Below are positions 60,119 to 64,000 of a stretch of DNA of 64,000 nt, piece after piece. Below the pieces are notes generated by a model. That model did no database searches and was not told the DNA's origin. It worked only from the letters and a program-made list of their open reading frames with translations. Numbering within the stretch: position 1 is the first letter of the stretch; every line of letters starts with the position of its first letter. The DNA is taken from the NCBI GenBank assembly GCA_965209035.1, contig OZ242372.1:1472001-1536000 (forward strand), read 5' to 3'. The DNA is from Gammaproteobacteria bacterium. GTDB taxonomy: Bacteria; Pseudomonadota; Gammaproteobacteria; CBDBNL01; JAAOII01. The translations under genes were made by a program, and so were the position numbers.

Positions 60119-61069
60119 TCAATAGACAGCCCGGTGAGTCGTGTCCCGCCAATACTCTAGGCGGTTTTTGTAGAACTTGTATGCCCGCAACTTTCCTCTT
60201 TTTTGTGCTCCGTTTGCCAGGATGCCAATCTTCTCAATTAACATCTGCCGGGTGGCGTTGCGTTTGTCCGCGGGCAGACGGCGGTCTTGCATCATCTTGG
60301 CGAGGGCGCGCATGCGGAAACGGTCTATTCCCCAATATTTGCGGGACAGTTGATTGGCATGGCCACCGTGCTTGATCACCAAAGGTGCGGGAAGATACAG
60401 AACTTCTTCGTAAGCACATATTCGCAACCACATATCGTAGTCTTCGCATACCGGCAGTTTTTCGTCAAACAGACCGTAATCCTTAAAAAGCGTCCGATGC
60501 AAGAAGACAGACGAAGGGGACACCCGACACATTGACAAGCATCGCTCGTAGATCTGCCCGCCGCTCTTGCGATGTTTGGCGAGTTGGTTCAGCGGGGAAC
60601 CGTTCCGCAGCCAGGCTTCGTTTGTATGGCATAGCCTGTATGTGTGCTTCCCCGTAGATTGCCCGGTGTCGTTTTTGATGTTTTTGATGCTTTTGATGGC
60701 ACCGTGTTCTGTCGGCATTGTCAAAGCGCGCGCTTGGGAAAAGTTCTTGTCCGGCAGCCATTCGTCATCGTCGTCAAGAAATGCAATCCATTCAAAATCC
60801 GCCAGCCGAATGGCGGTGTTGCGTGCCGCGCTGATGCCGTGACCATCGTTTGCAAGAACAACAGGGGCGGGGAGTCGGGCGGTTTGTTGATGGTTCTCTT
60901 TCCAAAAGCGTTCTGTCAGGGCGCCTATTCGTTTTGCACTTCCCCCGTCGTCTGTGATCAGAATTTGACTTGCCGGTAATGTTTGTGAAACGACAGAAAG
61001 CAACGCGCGCCGCAACAGATTTTCGCGGCGGCAGGCGGTGATGACAGCGGTGTATTGTATGTTCGTCAT
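60119..61069 (-). CDS. Family 2 glycosyltransferase
   Basis: ITDDG, GISAARN, WIAFLDDDDEW and CEDYDMWLR motifs. Confidence 0.92.
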   Translation of the reverse strand: MTNIQYTAVITACRRENLLRRALLSVVSQTLPASQILITDDGGSAKRIGALTERFWKENHQQTARLPAPVVLANDGHGISAARNTAIRLADFEWIAFLDDDDEWLPDKNFSQARALTMPTEHGAIKSIKNIKNDTGQSTGKHTYRLCHTNEAWLRNGSPLNQLAKHRKSGGQIYERCLSMCRVSPSSVFLHRTLFKDYGLFDEKLPVCEDYDMWLRICAYEEVLYLPAPLVIKHGGHANQLSRKYWGIDRFRMRALAKMMQDRRLPADKRNATRQMLIEKIGILANGAQKRGKLRAYKFYKNRLEYWRDTTHRAVY

Positions 61070-61256
61070 TAGTAGGAAATAAATAAGGAATAAATAAGCA
61101 ATCTTTTTTTATTTTAAGTTTAAATAGCCCGTTGCGTATAATGAATTTTGTGATACCGCCGGCTCCTTTTTGTGCTTCTCGTAAATTGCAAGAACCCGGA
61201 TTCGCGGTATTTTTATTGTTTAAATATTAAAGAAAAACGGACTGAAAAATAAAAAT

Positions 61257-62750
61257 ATGAAAATCAAAATACAACACAAGGCAAAAGCGGATTCTTCGGC
61301 ATTGATATTTGTTCGCGGCAAAATGCCGTCCGCGGCCGACACCTTGGACCCGCAGGCACATACCGCCCTGCGTTCGGCCATTTCCGTGAAAGCACCGGAC
61401 GCAGAAACCGGAGACTATCGCCAGATTTATGATAACGGCAGAAGACTGCACATTTATGTTCTGCCGGCAAATCCATTGACGACTGTTCGCTTTGAGCGAA
61501 TGATGGCAAGGCTCAGAAGCCAGTTGGCGTTGGGCGGCGATAAGAATTTGAATGTGTTGGCGGAAGATCTGCAAGTGGAAAATTGGAGTCCGGAAACACT
61601 GCGGACGCAGATTGCCATTCACCTTGCCGAGGTGTCTTACAAGTTTGACTGGTTCAAAAAGACTTCCGCGAAGGCTGCCGCAAAAAATTCCCCAAAGAAT
61701 TCTTCGAGGCTCCCGGAAACTCTGTTCATAATTGCGGGTGCCGCAGAAAAAGTAACCGCCGCAGCCGCCGCACGGCTGCAGGCGTTAGTCAACGGCATGT
61801 GTTTGACAAAGGATCTTGGCAACATGCCGCCCAATGTCTGCACTCCCCAATATCTTGCCGAGCGAGCGAAGGAACTTGAAAAAGCATACGCCTCGCTTAA
61901 GTGTCGGATTCTTAACGAGAAAGATATGAAAAAACAGGGAATGGATGCTTATTTGGCTGTGGCGAGAGGCAGTGCCAATCCGCCGAGGTTTATTTTGATG
62001 GAGTATCGGGGCACCAAAAGCAAAAAATCTCCTATTGTGTTTCTGGGAAAAGGCGTCACTTTTGATACGGGCGGCATCAGCCTCAAACCGGCCGCCGAAA
62101 TGGATGAGATGAAATACGATATGAGCGGCGCCGCCGCCGTCTTTGGCGCGATGCGGGCCGCCTGCGAGTTGAAACTTCCCGTCAATTTGATTGGCGCGGT
62201 TGCGGCCGCGGAAAACATGCCGAGTTCGAATGCCTATCGCCCGGGCGATATTCTCCGCACCATGAGCGGCCAAACCGTGGAAGTTCTGAATACGGATGCC
62301 GAAGGGCGGCTGGTTCTTGCCGACGCTCTCACCTATCTCAAAAAATACAAACCGGCGGCGGTCATAGACATGGCAACTCTGACCGGTGCCTGCGTTGTTG
62401 CCCTCGGCAGTTTGCGCAGCGGTTTTTTTGCTAACAACGAAGAACTTGCCGCCCGGGTTACTGAGGCTTCCGAAAAGAGCCGGGATCTGATTTGGCGGCT
62501 GCCGATGGATGAGGAGTACATGGAAAGCATGCGTTCCAACTTTGCCGACATCGCCAATATCGGCGGCAGGCGCGAAGCCGGCACCATTACGGCGGCCGGA
62601 TTTTTAAGCAAGTTCGCCGCGGACTATCCTTGGGCTCACTTGGATATTGCCGGCACAGCCTGGCATGGCGGGCAACGCAAAGGATCCACCGGGCGTCCGG
62701 TGCCGTTGCTGTTACAGTTTTTGACAGATCGCGTCAATCAAAAAGACTAA
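61257..62750 (+). CDS. pepA: Leucyl aminopeptidase (M17)
   Basis: [33 protein letters not shown] and WAHLDIAG motifs. Confidence 0.97.
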   Translation: MKIKIQHKAKADSSALIFVRGKMPSAADTLDPQAHTALRSAISVKAPDAETGDYRQIYDNGRRLHIYVLPANPLTTVRFERMMARLRSQLALGGDKNLNVLAEDLQVENWSPETLRTQIAIHLAEVSYKFDWFKKTSAKAAAKNSPKNSSRLPETLFIIAGAAEKVTAAAAARLQALVNGMCLTKDLGNMPPNVCTPQYLAERAKELEKAYASLKCRILNEKDMKKQGMDAYLAVARGSANPPRFILMEYRGTKSKKSPIVFLGKGVTFDTGGISLKPAAEMDEMKYDMSGAAAVFGAMRAACELKLPVNLIGAVAAAENMPSSNAYRPGDILRTMSGQTVEVLNTDAEGRLVLADALTYLKKYKPAAVIDMATLTGACVVALGSLRSGFFANNEELAARVTEASEKSRDLIWRLPMDEEYMESMRSNFADIANIGGRREAGTITAAGFLSKFAADYPWAHLDIAGTAWHGGQRKGSTGRPVPLLLQFLTDRVNQKD

Positions 62751-62751
62751 C

Positions 62752-64000
62752 ATGCCGGTAAGGTTTCCGGTGCGCGGCAAACAACAGCGACTCGCGGACG
62801 CGATTAGGGTGCTGGCGATGGATGCGGTGGAAGCGGCATCATCCGGCCATCCCGGTATGCCCATGGGCATGGCGGACATAGCGACAGTCCTGTGGCGCGA
62901 GTTTCTGCGACACAACCCGACCAACCCCGACTGGCCGGACCGAGACAGGTTTGTTGTCTCAAACGGGCACGGTTCCATGCTCCTTTATGCCTTGTTGCAT
63001 TTGAGTGGCTATGCTCTGAGAGTGGACGACCTGCGCCGGTTTCGCCAATTCGGTTCGCCGACGGCGGGGCATCCCGAGCACGCAACAATCGGCGTGGAAA
63101 CCACCACGGGTCCCCTCGGTCAAGGGCTTGCCAATGCGGTCGGTATGGCAATGGCGGAGCGTAACCTGGCACGCGAGTTCAACCGCCCCGGATTACCCGT
63201 CGTCAATCATCGGACCTATGCTTTTCTTGGCGACGGTTGCCTGATGGAAGGGGTTTCGCACGAGGCATGCTCCTTTGCGGGGGTGCAGCAACTCGGCAAA
63301 CTCATCTGTTTTTTTGACGACAACGGCATTTCCATTGACGGCGAAGTCCGCAACTGGTGTCGGGATAATGTGGCGATGCGTTTTGCATCATATCACTGGC
63401 ATGTTATGGACGCCATAGACGGCCACGATGCGGTTGCGGTCCGGCGGGCAATCCGAACCGCGCAAAAAGACCCGCGCCCCTCGCTGCTTGTCTGTAAAAC
63501 TTTGATTGGTTATGGTGCCGACAAAAAGCAGGGCAAGGCATCTTCTCACGGCGCGCCGCTGGGAGCCGAAGAAATAGCCTATGTTAGAAACAGACTGAAT
63601 TGGAAGTATCCTCCTTTTGAAGTTCCGCTCGACATTCGCCGTCAGTGGGATCTAAAATCTCGGGGCGAAGCCTTGGAAAAGAAATGGCTGGCGATTGGTG
63701 CCAAATACGAAAACAAGTACCCGGAAGCGGCGGCGGAATTGCGCCGCAGACTGGCGGGCAAACTCCCCGCCGGATTTCCCTTGCGCGCCCGGGCGTTTGC
63801 CGAACGAACAGCGCGCAATCATGCCAATTTGGCAACACGCGCCTCTTCTCAAAAGGCGTTGAACTTTTACGGTAAGGAATTGCCGGAATTGATGGGGGGT
63901 TCCGCGGATCTGACCGGATCCAACCTCACCATGCATGATGCTTCCAAGCCGATCACCGCCGCGGATAAGAAGGCGGGCAATTATATTTTTTACGGCGTGC
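62752..64000 (+). CDS. tkt: Transketolase (partial, runs off the window end)
   Basis: Translated by hand: AIRVLAMDAV..SGHPGMPMG..DRDRFVVSNGHGSMLLY..TTGPLGQG..GDGCLMEG..GGSADL. Confidence 0.97.
   Translation, partial: MPVRFPVRGKQQRLADAIRVLAMDAVEAASSGHPGMPMGMADIATVLWREFLRHNPTNPDWPDRDRFVVSNGHGSMLLYALLHLSGYALRVDDLRRFRQFGSPTAGHPEHATIGVETTTGPLGQGLANAVGMAMAERNLAREFNRPGLPVVNHRTYAFLGDGCLMEGVSHEACSFAGVQQLGKLICFFDDNGISIDGEVRNWCRDNVAMRFASYHWHVMDAIDGHDAVAVRRAIRTAQKDPRPSLLVCKTLIGYGADKKQGKASSHGAPLGAEEIAYVRNRLNWKYPPFEVPLDIRRQWDLKSRGEALEKKWLAIGAKYENKYPEAAAELRRRLAGKLPAGFPLRARAFAERTARNHANLATRASSQKALNFYGKELPELMGGSADLTGSNLTMHDASKPITAADKKAGNYIFYGV

Overview
Bacterial chromosomal window, most likely from a proteobacterium (inferred from ispE-tRNA-Gln, purM-purN, rdgB, topA, rseC, xth, pepA and tkt), possibly host-associated. 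Housekeeping genes alternate with accessory content. This includes five paralogous surface (lipo)proteins built from Fn3-like, Ca-binding thrombospondin-3-like and GLUG beta-helix modules, one of them frameshifted at a C18 homopolymer. There are also two TRAP systems, an ABC sugar-type operon with two degenerate M19 dipeptidases, a decayed type II R-M pair, an orphan m6A methyltransferase, an orphan Panacea antitoxin, a fungal-Anp1-like glycosyltransferase, and IS1595 and IS481-like remnants. The most unusual signal is duplication anchored at gene boundaries on several scales: a 4-copy array of the junction between two convergent genes (31.7-32.6 kb), a 216-bp hairpin-containing array starting at the uppP stop codon whose junction motif recurs after the next lipoprotein gene, a duplicated SDR 3' end enclosing the antitoxin, and many 4-15 bp stutters of start and stop codons. 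All calls come from reading the sequence and recalled family motifs; no searches were run.
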